Of a stretch of DNA of 64,000 nt, positions 9,987 through 17,702 are shown in pieces. The first letter of the stretch is position 1. The number at the start of each line of letters is the position of its first letter. The DNA is from a virus (taxonomy: Duplodnaviria > Caudoviricetes): IMG/VR virus record IMGVR_UViG_3300042481_000164, positions 56,767-120,766 of that record; one strand, written 5' to 3'. The notes under the pieces were generated by a model that was given only the letters and a program-made list of their open reading frames with translations, was not told the DNA's origin and searched no databases. Both the position numbers and the translations under genes were made by a program.

Positions 9987-10193
9987 TTATTCTGATTTAA
10001 ATGTTTCATTGTAATATTGTTCAAATGCCTGTATGTCTCCTGTTTCACAAAACATACCTTCACTCCAAGTTTTTTTATGTTGTTCCTTCTCCATTTCTTT
10101 GGCTTTATCCCAAAATTCTGAATTATGTTTAAAGTCTGTTTCTGAATATGGTTCAGATATTAGATTTTCTAATAACCATTCTACTGCTGTCAT
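9987..10193 (-). CDS. small mosaic phage protein (TAVEWL...KAKEMEKEQ family)
   Basis: Shares modules with 12299..12538. Confidence 0.7.
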   Translation of the reverse strand: MTAVEWLLENLISEPYSETDFKHNSEFWDKAKEMEKEQHKKTWSEGMFCETGDIQAFEQYYNETFKSE

Positions 10194-10375
10194 AACTCTT
10201 TTTTGTTTAAATAGTTATAGTTTCTAATGTGTGTAACAGCTTCTTGCTTACCACATAACCCACATGTATCAAGAAAAAAAGTACACACTCTGTTTTCTTT
10301 CTTTTGCTCTTTTGTGAGGTACTTTACCCCACAACCTGAACACACATAATCTGATTTTCTGTCTTCTTTATTCAT
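10190..10375 (-). CDS. small Zn-finger-like protein
   Basis: CSGC...CGLC; start reassigned to MNKEDRK. Confidence 0.55.
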   Translation of the reverse strand: MNKEDRKSDYVCSGCGVKYLTKEQKKENRVCTFFLDTCGLCGKQEAVTHIRNYNYLNKKEL

Positions 10376-10733
10376 GGAAATAATTTTCAGGGTAAAATAC
10401 TTCATCATCATATTCATACAGCTTCTGTTCTACAGGACTTAACTCTTCATAAGTAGGTTCTACATACTCTTTTAGCATTTCTTCTTCTGTAAAGTAAGCT
10501 TCATCCTTTGAACCAAAGTGTACTCTATAAGCTTTTAGTCTTAGTTCTTTTTGCTTTTCTAAGTATGACTGTGCTTCTTTGCTATAATGATCGCAGTTAG
10601 TTCTGTTTTTAAGAATAATCATTATAATATGATGCAAATCAGAATCTTGGTCAAGCTTGAAAAGCATTTTTAAAAGTGATACTGTACTGTATCTGCGGTA
10701 CTTTGTGTTATAAGCAGGATCTTCTTGTTCCAT
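10368..10733 (-). CDS. hypothetical protein
   Basis: ORF track. Confidence 0.6.
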   Translation of the reverse strand: MEQEDPAYNTKYRRYSTVSLLKMLFKLDQDSDLHHIIMIILKNRTNCDHYSKEAQSYLEKQKELRLKAYRVHFGSKDEAYFTEEEMLKEYVEPTYEELSPVEQKLYEYDDEVFYPENYFHE

Positions 10734-10736
10734 AAA

Positions 10737-10991
10737 TTATTCTACTAAATCATCCATGTTAAGACCATGCTCTTCCATAAGCTGTTGTATCATTTTAAAT
10801 ACTAAGTTGATACCATCATATGCAGTTTCAGGCTTATCTTCTTTCATGTAATCAAGACTTTCAAGAATCTTTATATGAGCATTATGTTTAAGCTCCCATA
10901 ATACTAAAGCCATGTCAAGTGCTTTAGTCATTCTTTTGTGATCCATTGCATCACCAGGCTCATTAAAATCAAATTCAAACTTTGCTTTCAT
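10737..10991 (-). CDS. hypothetical phage protein
   Basis: ORF track; MKAKFEFDFNEP start. Confidence 0.65.
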   Translation of the reverse strand: MKAKFEFDFNEPGDAMDHKRMTKALDMALVLWELKHNAHIKILESLDYMKEDKPETAYDGINLVFKMIQQLMEEHGLNMDDLVE

Positions 10992-10992
10992 G

Positions 10993-11490
10993 CTACTTTC
11001 TTTTTAAAATTAAACAACCATCTGCATCAAGTTTTGGAATCCATTCTCCCTTCTTATGTCTTGTACCATGAAACCACATCTCAATCTCAACATCCCATTC
11101 AGTTTGTTGTAGTGATTGGATAAGTTCATCTCTTAATTTATCTGAATCTGGCTTAGGCATTGGTTGTGGTGAGTGTTGTGATTGTATAGCCAAAACATCA
11201 TTCATTCCAATTTGATGTCCATATGCAAACAACATAGTTAATTCTTTCTCAGTAAACTTCTTATCACCAAGAATTTCAAGTGCTAATTTAAACCCTCTTT
11301 TAAATGATGGTTCATCAATAGGATATTGTTCTTTAACCAGCTCATCCAAATCATAACCATTAGCTATTGCTTCACAGTTTTTGAGTGATAGTTTTCCATC
11401 AAATGCTGGATTATTTTCCCAAGCTATATTACCTTCTTTGTAAACAAGAGTGTATTTACTTTCTTCTAATTTAATTAATTTACCTTCCAT
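10993..11490 (-). CDS. mosaic phage protein (KLIK...LS.QNC...PKLD.xGCLILK family)
   Basis: Paralog of 14493..15083. Confidence 0.7.
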   Translation of the reverse strand: MEGKLIKLEESKYTLVYKEGNIAWENNPAFDGKLSLKNCEAIANGYDLDELVKEQYPIDEPSFKRGFKLALEILGDKKFTEKELTMLFAYGHQIGMNDVLAIQSQHSPQPMPKPDSDKLRDELIQSLQQTEWDVEIEMWFHGTRHKKGEWIPKLDADGCLILKRK

Positions 11491-11683
11491 GATTTAACAA
11501 CTGTTTATTAATTTCATCTAGCTCATTAAGAACTCTTGTTAATTGAACTTCAATATAGGAAACAGCCTTGTGATTGGATTTCTTTGGGAACTGGTCTCTT
11601 ACTCTTGATAGAGTTCTATATTCTACTTGCAGAACTGTTTTTTGAAACAGCAAGGGTACATCATTTGTCATGGCATGATTCAA
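11480..11683 (-). CDS. hypothetical protein
   Basis: ORF track; start uncertain. Confidence 0.5.
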   Translation of the reverse strand: MNHAMTNDVPLLFQKTVLQVEYRTLSRVRDQFPKKSNHKAVSYIEVQLTRVLNELDEINKQLLNHGR

Positions 11684-12032
11684 TTAGTTTATCAATACAA
11701 GCTGATTCAGCTTCTTGATATGTTTTAAAGTTAAAAGAATTAAAAACATGTTGTATACCACCTATGTTCACAATAAAGGTTTCATAACCCATACCATTAA
11801 TCATGTGACCTAAACCATGTTTCTCTCTAAACCATTCAAACACTTGTGATTTAAGTGGTGCTAAGCATTGATTTTTATCATAATCTTCTACTTTCACTCC
11901 TAACTGTAGTTTAATTTCACCTGTTGGTTTTTCCCATTCTGTAATTGCTAACCATCTACCTAAACAATCCTCATCAAACCCTAAATCTTTCAAAGCTAAG
12001 GCTTGGTTATATGTTGCAAAGTGCTTTTCCAT
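11661..12032 (-). CDS. mosaic phage protein (YNQALALK.LGFDE family)
   Basis: Paralog of 13671..14060. Confidence 0.7.
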   Translation of the reverse strand: MEKHFATYNQALALKDLGFDEDCLGRWLAITEWEKPTGEIKLQLGVKVEDYDKNQCLAPLKSQVFEWFREKHGLGHMINGMGYETFIVNIGGIQHVFNSFNFKTYQEAESACIDKLIESCHDK

Positions 12033-12033
12033 A

Positions 12034-12297
12034 CTACTTAATATTATCTAATGAATAACTCTTTTTAATTGAATTCTTATTTACTGTTACCTCTTCATGT
12101 TCACCCCCACCTAAATCAGTCCACCATTCCATTTTAGTTTTAGCTTTCTCACTTGCTTCTTTCAATGCAGCTTCTACATGAAGTTTAGCAAACTCAATCA
12201 TCCTTTGTTCTGCATCGTACAAAGAAATTGTTGGATAATCTTTATCATAAGTTTCACTCCCCTGTAAATACTTTTCTGCTGTTGGTATTTTTGCCAT
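12034..12297 (-). CDS. hypothetical phage protein (EFAKLHVEAALK family)
   Basis: Start reassigned to MAKIPTAE. Confidence 0.65.
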   Translation of the reverse strand: MAKIPTAEKYLQGSETYDKDYPTISLYDAEQRMIEFAKLHVEAALKEASEKAKTKMEWWTDLGGGEHEEVTVNKNSIKKSYSLDNIK

Positions 12298-12298
12298 A

Positions 12299-12538
12299 CT
12301 ATTTCTTTTTAAAGTTTTCAAACCATTGTTGTTCAGTTAATGAACTATCAAGACCAAAGATATCTGAGTAATGCATATTACTTTGACCATCTCTGAAAGC
12401 TTGTCTTAAATCTTCTTCACTATACATTTTTTCAGATTGCTTTTTTTCCATTTCTTTGGCTTTTACATATGCTTCTTGACATTCGGCAGGAATAAGACAT
12501 TCTAATTTATCCCATAACCATTCTACTGCTGTTTTCAT
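12299..12538 (-). CDS. small mosaic phage protein (TAVEWL + MYSEE + FKKK modules)
   Basis: Start MKTAVEWL; shares modules with the 9987 and 12540 genes. Confidence 0.7.
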   Translation of the reverse strand: MKTAVEWLWDKLECLIPAECQEAYVKAKEMEKKQSEKMYSEEDLRQAFRDGQSNMHYSDIFGLDSSLTEQQWFENFKKK

Positions 12539-12539
12539 A

Positions 12540-13379
12540 CTATTTCTTTTTAAATTGTTCAATTAAATCTTCTGCATCTGTAGAGTAAAATTTTTTAGAG
12601 GTTAATGATTGTTGTAACCAATTAATTAGTTCTATTTGCTCACTATACATTCTTTCAGCCATGTGCTTACCACCTGCTACAAATGCATCTCTAACTAATT
12701 TTGGAGAGCATATTAAATCTGTAGTTGTAGGTGGATAAAATTCTTTAGCAGCTTCTTCTAATGTTTCTTGTTGAATGGTATTCTGTAATTCTCTAACTGT
12801 TTTTTGACCTTTACTAGTTATTGTATTAGCTCTTTCTTTATCAAAAAGTAGAAATTCTTGTCTAATCTCTTCCCACTCTTCAGCAAATTCTTTTTTATCT
12901 TTTTCAAGATGTTTAAAGTATTCTTCTTCTTTCTCTTGTTTAGGTTCTTCTTGTGGTAAATCATATTCCCATTTGCAGTGTGCTGATTTATTAGTATCAG
13001 GGTCAAAAAACCTCAACTCACTAACCTTTACCTTTTCACAACTTGGATTCTTAACAAACCATTCCAAGAACTCATCATCAATGGCTTGAACACCATCTGC
13101 AATTAGGGTTGGGTCTGTTGTTAGGATTATTTTTTTGCAATTAGGAAATAAAACCTTACTCATAGATTCAGCAACTTGGTTTTGAAATAGAAAGTTATCT
13201 CTTAAATCTAAAAACCATTCTTTTCCTTTAATCTCTTCATCAGAAGTGATGTACAAATTTTGAGTATTTCTTGTATGTGAATATTCTAATTCACATAATG
13301 CTAATCTCATTCCATTTTCATCAGTCCAAAGATGCAACCTACTTGGTTGGTCTGTTGGGAGTATATGTATGTTTTTCAT
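12540..13379 (-). CDS. mosaic phage protein (KNIHILPT...CKKIILTTD...QETLEEAA...MYSE...FKKK)
   Basis: 279-aa ORF; shares terminal modules with its neighbour. Confidence 0.7.
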   Translation of the reverse strand: MKNIHILPTDQPSRLHLWTDENGMRLALCELEYSHTRNTQNLYITSDEEIKGKEWFLDLRDNFLFQNQVAESMSKVLFPNCKKIILTTDPTLIADGVQAIDDEFLEWFVKNPSCEKVKVSELRFFDPDTNKSAHCKWEYDLPQEEPKQEKEEEYFKHLEKDKKEFAEEWEEIRQEFLLFDKERANTITSKGQKTVRELQNTIQQETLEEAAKEFYPPTTTDLICSPKLVRDAFVAGGKHMAERMYSEQIELINWLQQSLTSKKFYSTDAEDLIEQFKKK

Positions 13380-13380
13380 C

Positions 13381-13674
13381 TTATTCTTCTTTAAGGGTTC
13401 TTACTTCTAACACATCATAATTTTTTACACCACATCTAATACAACCAGTGAAGTTAGCTTCATACTTTGACTCATGATGGTCTTTGTATAAACACCCATC
13501 ATGAAAGTAAATGGTTGCTTCCTTACCACCAATTTGATTACGGTATCCATCTTTAGTACTAACTGTTAAATCTTCAATAGTACCATCTTGATAATAAATT
13601 CTGATGTCTTTTTCTTGATTGCTAGTAACACAACTTGTTAATGCTAATGTTACTAGGATAAGTAGTTTTCTCAT
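13381..13674 (-). CDS. putative lipoprotein
   Basis: Signal peptide with lipobox MRKLLILVTLALTSC. Confidence 0.65.
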   Translation of the reverse strand: MRKLLILVTLALTSCVTSNQEKDIRIYYQDGTIEDLTVSTKDGYRNQIGGKEATIYFHDGCLYKDHHESKYEANFTGCIRCGVKNYDVLEVRTLKEE

Positions 13675-14060
13675 GCTTTTCTTTCTTTTAAGATTGATAT
13701 TAACTTATCTATGCATTCTGATTCAGCTTCTTCATGTGATATAAATATACCTTGTGGATCATCTTCTTGAGATCCTATAACTCTAACGCTATAATCAAAC
13801 CTAAGTTTACCATCTGTATAAAAGTCATCAATTCTAGTTGCTAAACTATGTTCATCTCTAAACCACTTGAAGACTTGTGATTTGAGTGGTGCTGAAGGTG
13901 AACCCCATAGTTCTGAATTTTTTTTGAAAATAAAGTGAGGGTCTATTCCATGTGTATGGAAGGTTAATACTTTTTCACTATAAAAAGCTATACAAGGTTC
14001 ATCAAAACCTAACTCCTTCAAAGCTAATGCTTGGTTATAATTTACAAAGTGCTCTTTCAT
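13671..14060 (-). CDS. mosaic phage protein (YNQALALK.LGFDE family)
   Basis: Paralog of 11661..12032. Confidence 0.7.
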   Translation of the reverse strand: MKEHFVNYNQALALKELGFDEPCIAFYSEKVLTFHTHGIDPHFIFKKNSELWGSPSAPLKSQVFKWFRDEHSLATRIDDFYTDGKLRFDYSVRVIGSQEDDPQGIFISHEEAESECIDKLISILKERKA

Positions 14061-14263
14061 TTTATTTCTTTATTATTTTCTAACTCTGCTAATAAAGCAT
14101 CTGCACATCTAACAGCTCTTGTAGCAATTGTAAATTCATCTCCTGTAAATCCATCATGTTGGCAAGATATCCATCCTTGCATTGCCAATCCAGCAAAGTA
14201 TTCACGCTTTGTTAATCCTTCATTATATACTGTTGCAAATGCAGCTTCTTTTCCATTTTCCAT
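14057..14263 (-). CDS. small phage protein (GLTKREYFAGLAMQG family)
   Basis: Widespread phage motif; related to 19188..19394. Confidence 0.65.
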   Translation of the reverse strand: MENGKEAAFATVYNEGLTKREYFAGLAMQGWISCQHDGFTGDEFTIATRAVRCADALLAELENNKEIK

Positions 14264-14281
14264 CTTATTTCTTTTTTTAAT

Positions 14282-14491
14282 TTATAAACCATCATTCAGT
14301 TCATCATTATCTTGTCTACATTCTGCACACATATAACCAACTAAATGATCTTTTTCCTTGCCAAGTTCTTCAACATCCCAAAATTCCTCACCATCTTCTT
14401 TGGTAACTTTTACCTTAATAGTTTCATTCCAAACATTGTAAGTTCTAACAAATGTTTCAGAACCACATTGACATTTAAAATAGTTTTCCAT
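14282..14491 (-). CDS. small Zn-ribbon-like protein
   Basis: CQCG...CAEC. Confidence 0.6.
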   Translation of the reverse strand: MENYFKCQCGSETFVRTYNVWNETIKVKVTKEDGEEFWDVEELGKEKDHLVGYMCAECRQDNDELNDGL

Positions 14492-14492
14492 A

Positions 14493-15083
14493 TCACAACT
14501 TTTTAAGTATTAAACAACCATTCTTATCTAATTTGGGTTGTTCTTTTGGTTTGTCTTCAGTATATGAGGTTGAGAATGCACCTAATGATTGGTCATAGTA
14601 ACAAGGTTCCATCTTAATATCAACCTCTATTTCTTTTGGTTGTTGTAGTGATTGGATAACCTTATCTCTTAATTTATCTGAATCTGGTTTTGGTGATGGT
14701 TGAGGAGAATGTTGAGATTGAATTGCTAATATAGTATTCATCCCAACCTGATGACCAAATACAAATATTGCTTTCATATCCTCCAAAGTAAACAACTTGT
14801 CTTTATTAAGTTCCATTGCTTTGTTGAAACCTTTTTTAAAGTTATACTTTCTATTTTCAAAATATGACTCTTCAAGGGGGTCTCCATTTCGTTCATAACA
14901 TTCTTCTGCATGACTTTCAGCCAGTTTCTCAACATCAACAACACCAAATATCTCATCACAGTTTTGTTTGGATAGTTTCATTACCTCATAATCAGTTTGA
15001 AAATCTGAATCAGACAATGCAATCATTTTATCACCATTCATTAAGGTGTAAATATCATCAACTTTAATTAATTTTGCTTTCAT
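14493..15083 (-). CDS. mosaic phage protein (KLIK...PKLD.xGCLILK family)
   Basis: Paralog of 10993..11490. Confidence 0.7.
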   Translation of the reverse strand: MKAKLIKVDDIYTLMNGDKMIALSDSDFQTDYEVMKLSKQNCDEIFGVVDVEKLAESHAEECYERNGDPLEESYFENRKYNFKKGFNKAMELNKDKLFTLEDMKAIFVFGHQVGMNTILAIQSQHSPQPSPKPDSDKLRDKVIQSLQQPKEIEVDIKMEPCYYDQSLGAFSTSYTEDKPKEQPKLDKNGCLILKKL

Positions 15084-15445
15084 ATTTCTTTAACCACTTT
15101 AAGTTTTTTCTCTTCTTCTTTTTGGAACTTAGTTTGAAGTATTTTAGTTTCTCTTTTACTCAATGCACCATTAACCCAATCCTTAATATATTCTGATTTG
15201 AAATAGAAATTATCATTAATAAGTCTATATTGTCCTACACGAATTCCTGGAGAGTCAGTGCACATAAATTCTTCAATATTCCATTTTAAGAACCACCATT
15301 TTTTTGCTACGTATTTCCTTACAGTTACAGTTACCCACGGTTTACTTAGGTGTCTACTAGAACTATACTTAAAATAACAATCATATGTTATTTCGTCTAT
15401 GGTACATTTAACCCATTCTTTCTCTTTAACATATTCTTGTTCCAT
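15080..15445 (-). CDS. hypothetical protein
   Basis: ORF track. Confidence 0.6.
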   Translation of the reverse strand: MEQEYVKEKEWVKCTIDEITYDCYFKYSSSRHLSKPWVTVTVRKYVAKKWWFLKWNIEEFMCTDSPGIRVGQYRLINDNFYFKSEYIKDWVNGALSKRETKILQTKFQKEEEKKLKVVKEI

Positions 15446-15446
15446 A

Positions 15447-15500
15447 TTATTTACATTTTAAGATTAAACAACCATTTTCATCAAGTTTTGGTTTAAAAAT
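15447..15500 (-). pseudogene. orphan C-terminal remnant IFKPKLDENGCLILKCK*
   Basis: Matches the C-termini of the 10993 and 14493 genes; in-frame stop two codons upstream and no ATG. Confidence 0.7.
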
Positions 15501-15502
15501 GT

Positions 15503-16018
15503 TTAGTTATTTGCATAACTATAAAACTCATCAAAAAACTTACTGATGTAAGTACTATACCCTCTGTGAGCATAATTTCTATCCAGATGTGCTAGATATT
15601 GATCTCTAGTTAATTTATGACCTCCTACAAATTCTAAATATAATTTATAGTCAAGCACACTATGTTGCCATTTCTCAAAGGATGCAAACCCGTATTTAGG
15701 ACCTTTACTCATTGTAGGTCTAACACCAGGTTGTTTCATTCCAAATAGATTGTTATTAGACTTAAATATTTTACTGCACATGCCAGATTCAGTCATAATT
15801 ATACTGTATGCAACTTCAGGATGTGCTATATCCTGCGTAAGGATATACTCAATAAGCATGTCTTTGTTAATCTTTGTACTGTCTACTACAGGTATTACTT
15901 CTGTAGTGTCTTCAATCATAATTTTCTTTTTTGCTTTTACCAGTTTTTTACTTTCTCCAAAACTTGCTATTACACTTATACTAATAGCAATACCAATAAA
16001 CATTAATGTTATCCTCAT
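15503..16018 (-). CDS. glucosaminidase/GH73-like peptidoglycan hydrolase with N-terminal hydrophobic anchor
   Basis: ESG...NNLFGMK...FASFEKWQHSVLDY...YA; N-terminal TM segment. Confidence 0.7.
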   Translation of the reverse strand: MRITLMFIGIAISISVIASFGESKKLVKAKKKIMIEDTTEVIPVVDSTKINKDMLIEYILTQDIAHPEVAYSIIMTESGMCSKIFKSNNNLFGMKQPGVRPTMSKGPKYGFASFEKWQHSVLDYKLYLEFVGGHKLTRDQYLAHLDRNYAHRGYSTYISKFFDEFYSYANN

Positions 16019-16154
16019 ATAATTTCTTTAAGTAACAGAGCCTATTGCTAGACTCTGTTTTCACCATTCAAATCATCAGTCACGTAGATGTCTCACGCTT
16101 GTCTTTCCAAGTGTCAACCTCAAGCCTAGATAAAGGCAACATGTCAGGATTTTG

Positions 16155-16272
16155 TAGCCAAGAGTGGACTCGAACCACTGACCTTGCGGCAGGAATTATA
16201 AGATACCCTCAGGTCATGACTCCCTACTCTTTCTTCCCCACCACATGCTCTAGCCAGCTGAGCTACTCGACC
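16155..16272 (-). ncRNA. tRNA-like RNA with a 51-nt replacement of the anticodon loop
   Basis: GGTCGAG TA GCTC AGCTGGCTA GAGC A TGTGG [51 nt] CCGCA AGGTC AGTGG TTCGAGT CCACT CTTGGCT A. Confidence 0.75.
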
Positions 16273-16501
16273 AAATACAGACTACCTAACATTCCCACGG
16301 GGTAAACTTCGTCTGTGGTACTATACATATCTCAATTTACACAGCATCTTATAGAGATAAACTCTATTGTGGAATCCATCTTTGAATGTATAGTACAGTT
16401 TGTTTAAACTTGCAGAGGTTGGTGTCCGTATTTATATCCTAAGAGATAATCCATAGACGTGAGTAGCAAGATGCAAACTCTCCCATTAACCAGCGAAGTT
16501 G

Positions 16502-16555
16502 TGGACAGCATATGGACTCGAACCATCATCACCTGATCCATTTCAGTAACCGCCC
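16502..16555 (-). ncRNA. mini tRNA-like RNA lacking the anticodon arm
   Basis: GGGCGGT TA CTGA AATGGA TCAG GTGATG ATGG TTCGAGT CCAT AT GCTGTCC A: acceptor, D and T arms only. Confidence 0.65.
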
Positions 16556-16677
16556 ATTTGCAGGAATCCCACCTGCTATACTCTGTTGTAAACCGCAGAG
16601 CTTAGAGCTACTTATTCACCCCCGTATCTTTAGTTTGTTTAGACTTTCTTTCTTTTTCAGCTAACTTGTTAAAATAC

Positions 16678-16845
16678 TCAAGTCTCTCTGCTATCTTCTT
16701 GTTTATCAGATTGTAGTCTGGATTTGTATTCTCCTTCTTCATTCTCTTTTTGTTTTAAAATAGCAACTGCTTCATCTACAGTTAATCCATCAGGTGTAAT
16801 ACCTGAGTTAATTAATTCACTATACAATTCTTTAATCCTGCCCAT
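16678..16845 (-). CDS. small hypothetical protein
   Basis: Start reassigned to MGRIKELY. Confidence 0.55.
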   Translation of the reverse strand: MGRIKELYSELINSGITPDGLTVDEAVAILKQKENEEGEYKSRLQSDKQEDSRET

Positions 16846-17203
16846 TGTTGCGTTTAATAATAGCACCAATAATACTTTGAAAAGGATCTGCTTCTTCTTT
16901 ACCAAGTTTAAAACCAACTAAGAAACATACAAATGCAAGTTCATTAGGATGTGTTATTTGCTTGCTGATATCAGTAAAAATTGAAGTAATGTTTTCAGAG
17001 TTTTCCATACCTTCTTTTGTTAATGCATATAACTCTTTTTTTCTTTCTTCAGTTATACCTAATGTACCTGTGATACTTTCATCATTATCATTGATAATTT
17101 TAACAGTAAGATACTCTTTGTAATCAGGTAAGACTACTGGAGTTTCTTTTTTGCTAAATAATTGAGAGATCAGATTCTTCTTCTTTGACTGTGTGTTTTT
17201 CAT
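16832..17203 (-). CDS. hypothetical protein
   Basis: ORF track. Confidence 0.6.
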   Translation of the reverse strand: MKNTQSKKKNLISQLFSKKETPVVLPDYKEYLTVKIINDNDESITGTLGITEERKKELYALTKEGMENSENITSIFTDISKQITHPNELAFVCFLVGFKLGKEEADPFQSIIGAIIKRNNGQD

Positions 17204-17429
17204 ATTCTTCTAATAATTCTAATGGTATAAAACGTGATGCACTATAATATTCATACGGAAAAGAATCTGGAGAAAGAGATACTTCCTCCAATTCAAATCC
17301 AACTTGGTTGTTCATAAGTGCCATATTAACAACCTTTCTTACAGTATATATTTCTCCTTGAACAAGCCATTCTGTAAGAGGAATTTTGTCCGGCTTATTT
17401 TGGTCATTAATACAAACTACTTTAAGCAT
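17154..17429 (-). CDS. hypothetical protein (KVVCIND...GEIYTV family)
   Basis: Start reassigned to MLKVVC. Confidence 0.6.
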   Translation of the reverse strand: MLKVVCINDQNKPDKIPLTEWLVQGEIYTVRKVVNMALMNNQVGFELEEVSLSPDSFPYEYYSASRFIPLELLEEYEKHTVKEEESDLSII

Positions 17430-17664
17430 ACTCAGTGAGTTCACTTACCATCTGCATATTCTCTAATGAATTGTTTATTTCAAACATATCCATAAAGCTA
17501 CCAGATGCTACATCTACAGAGCCTTTAGAATGTGCAATAATTGCACACTGCTCTGCTTGTAGAGGATCATGCTTACAGAATTTAACTAAACAAGCTATAA
17601 CATATAAGAAATCATGCTTGTTATCATTAAACAGAATTACCTTGTGTGTTTTTTCATTCTCCAT
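17422..17664 (-). CDS. clpS: ClpS-like Clp protease adaptor
   Basis: KVILFNDNKHDFLYVIACLVKFCKHDPLQAEQCAIIAHSKGSVDVASG matches the Bacteroidota ClpS pattern. Confidence 0.8.
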   Translation of the reverse strand: MENEKTHKVILFNDNKHDFLYVIACLVKFCKHDPLQAEQCAIIAHSKGSVDVASGSFMDMFEINNSLENMQMVSELTEYA

Positions 17665-17702
17665 ATTATAATTTATGGAATTTTTCTGACTATCTACCAT
17701 TT

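Noticed and set aside
16030-16085. Hammerhead-like core on the minus strand (CTGATGA...GAAA + stem III + TTA)
   Set aside because: Stem II (TTTGAATGGT) and stem I do not pair convincingly, so it is not called a ribozyme.
16045-16305. Plus-strand ORF 16045..16305, and ORFs 27240..27473 and 27327..27644
   Set aside because: They overlie structured GC-elevated RNA-like sequence and have atypical composition; likely spurious.
16556-16625. Possible tRNA-Val(TAC) or tmRNA 5' end (GGGGGTGAA...TTTACAA...GCAGG-TGGGATT-CCTGC)
   Set aside because: No acceptor pairing, T loop lacks TTC, and no tag reading frame; kept only as hairpins within the RNA array.
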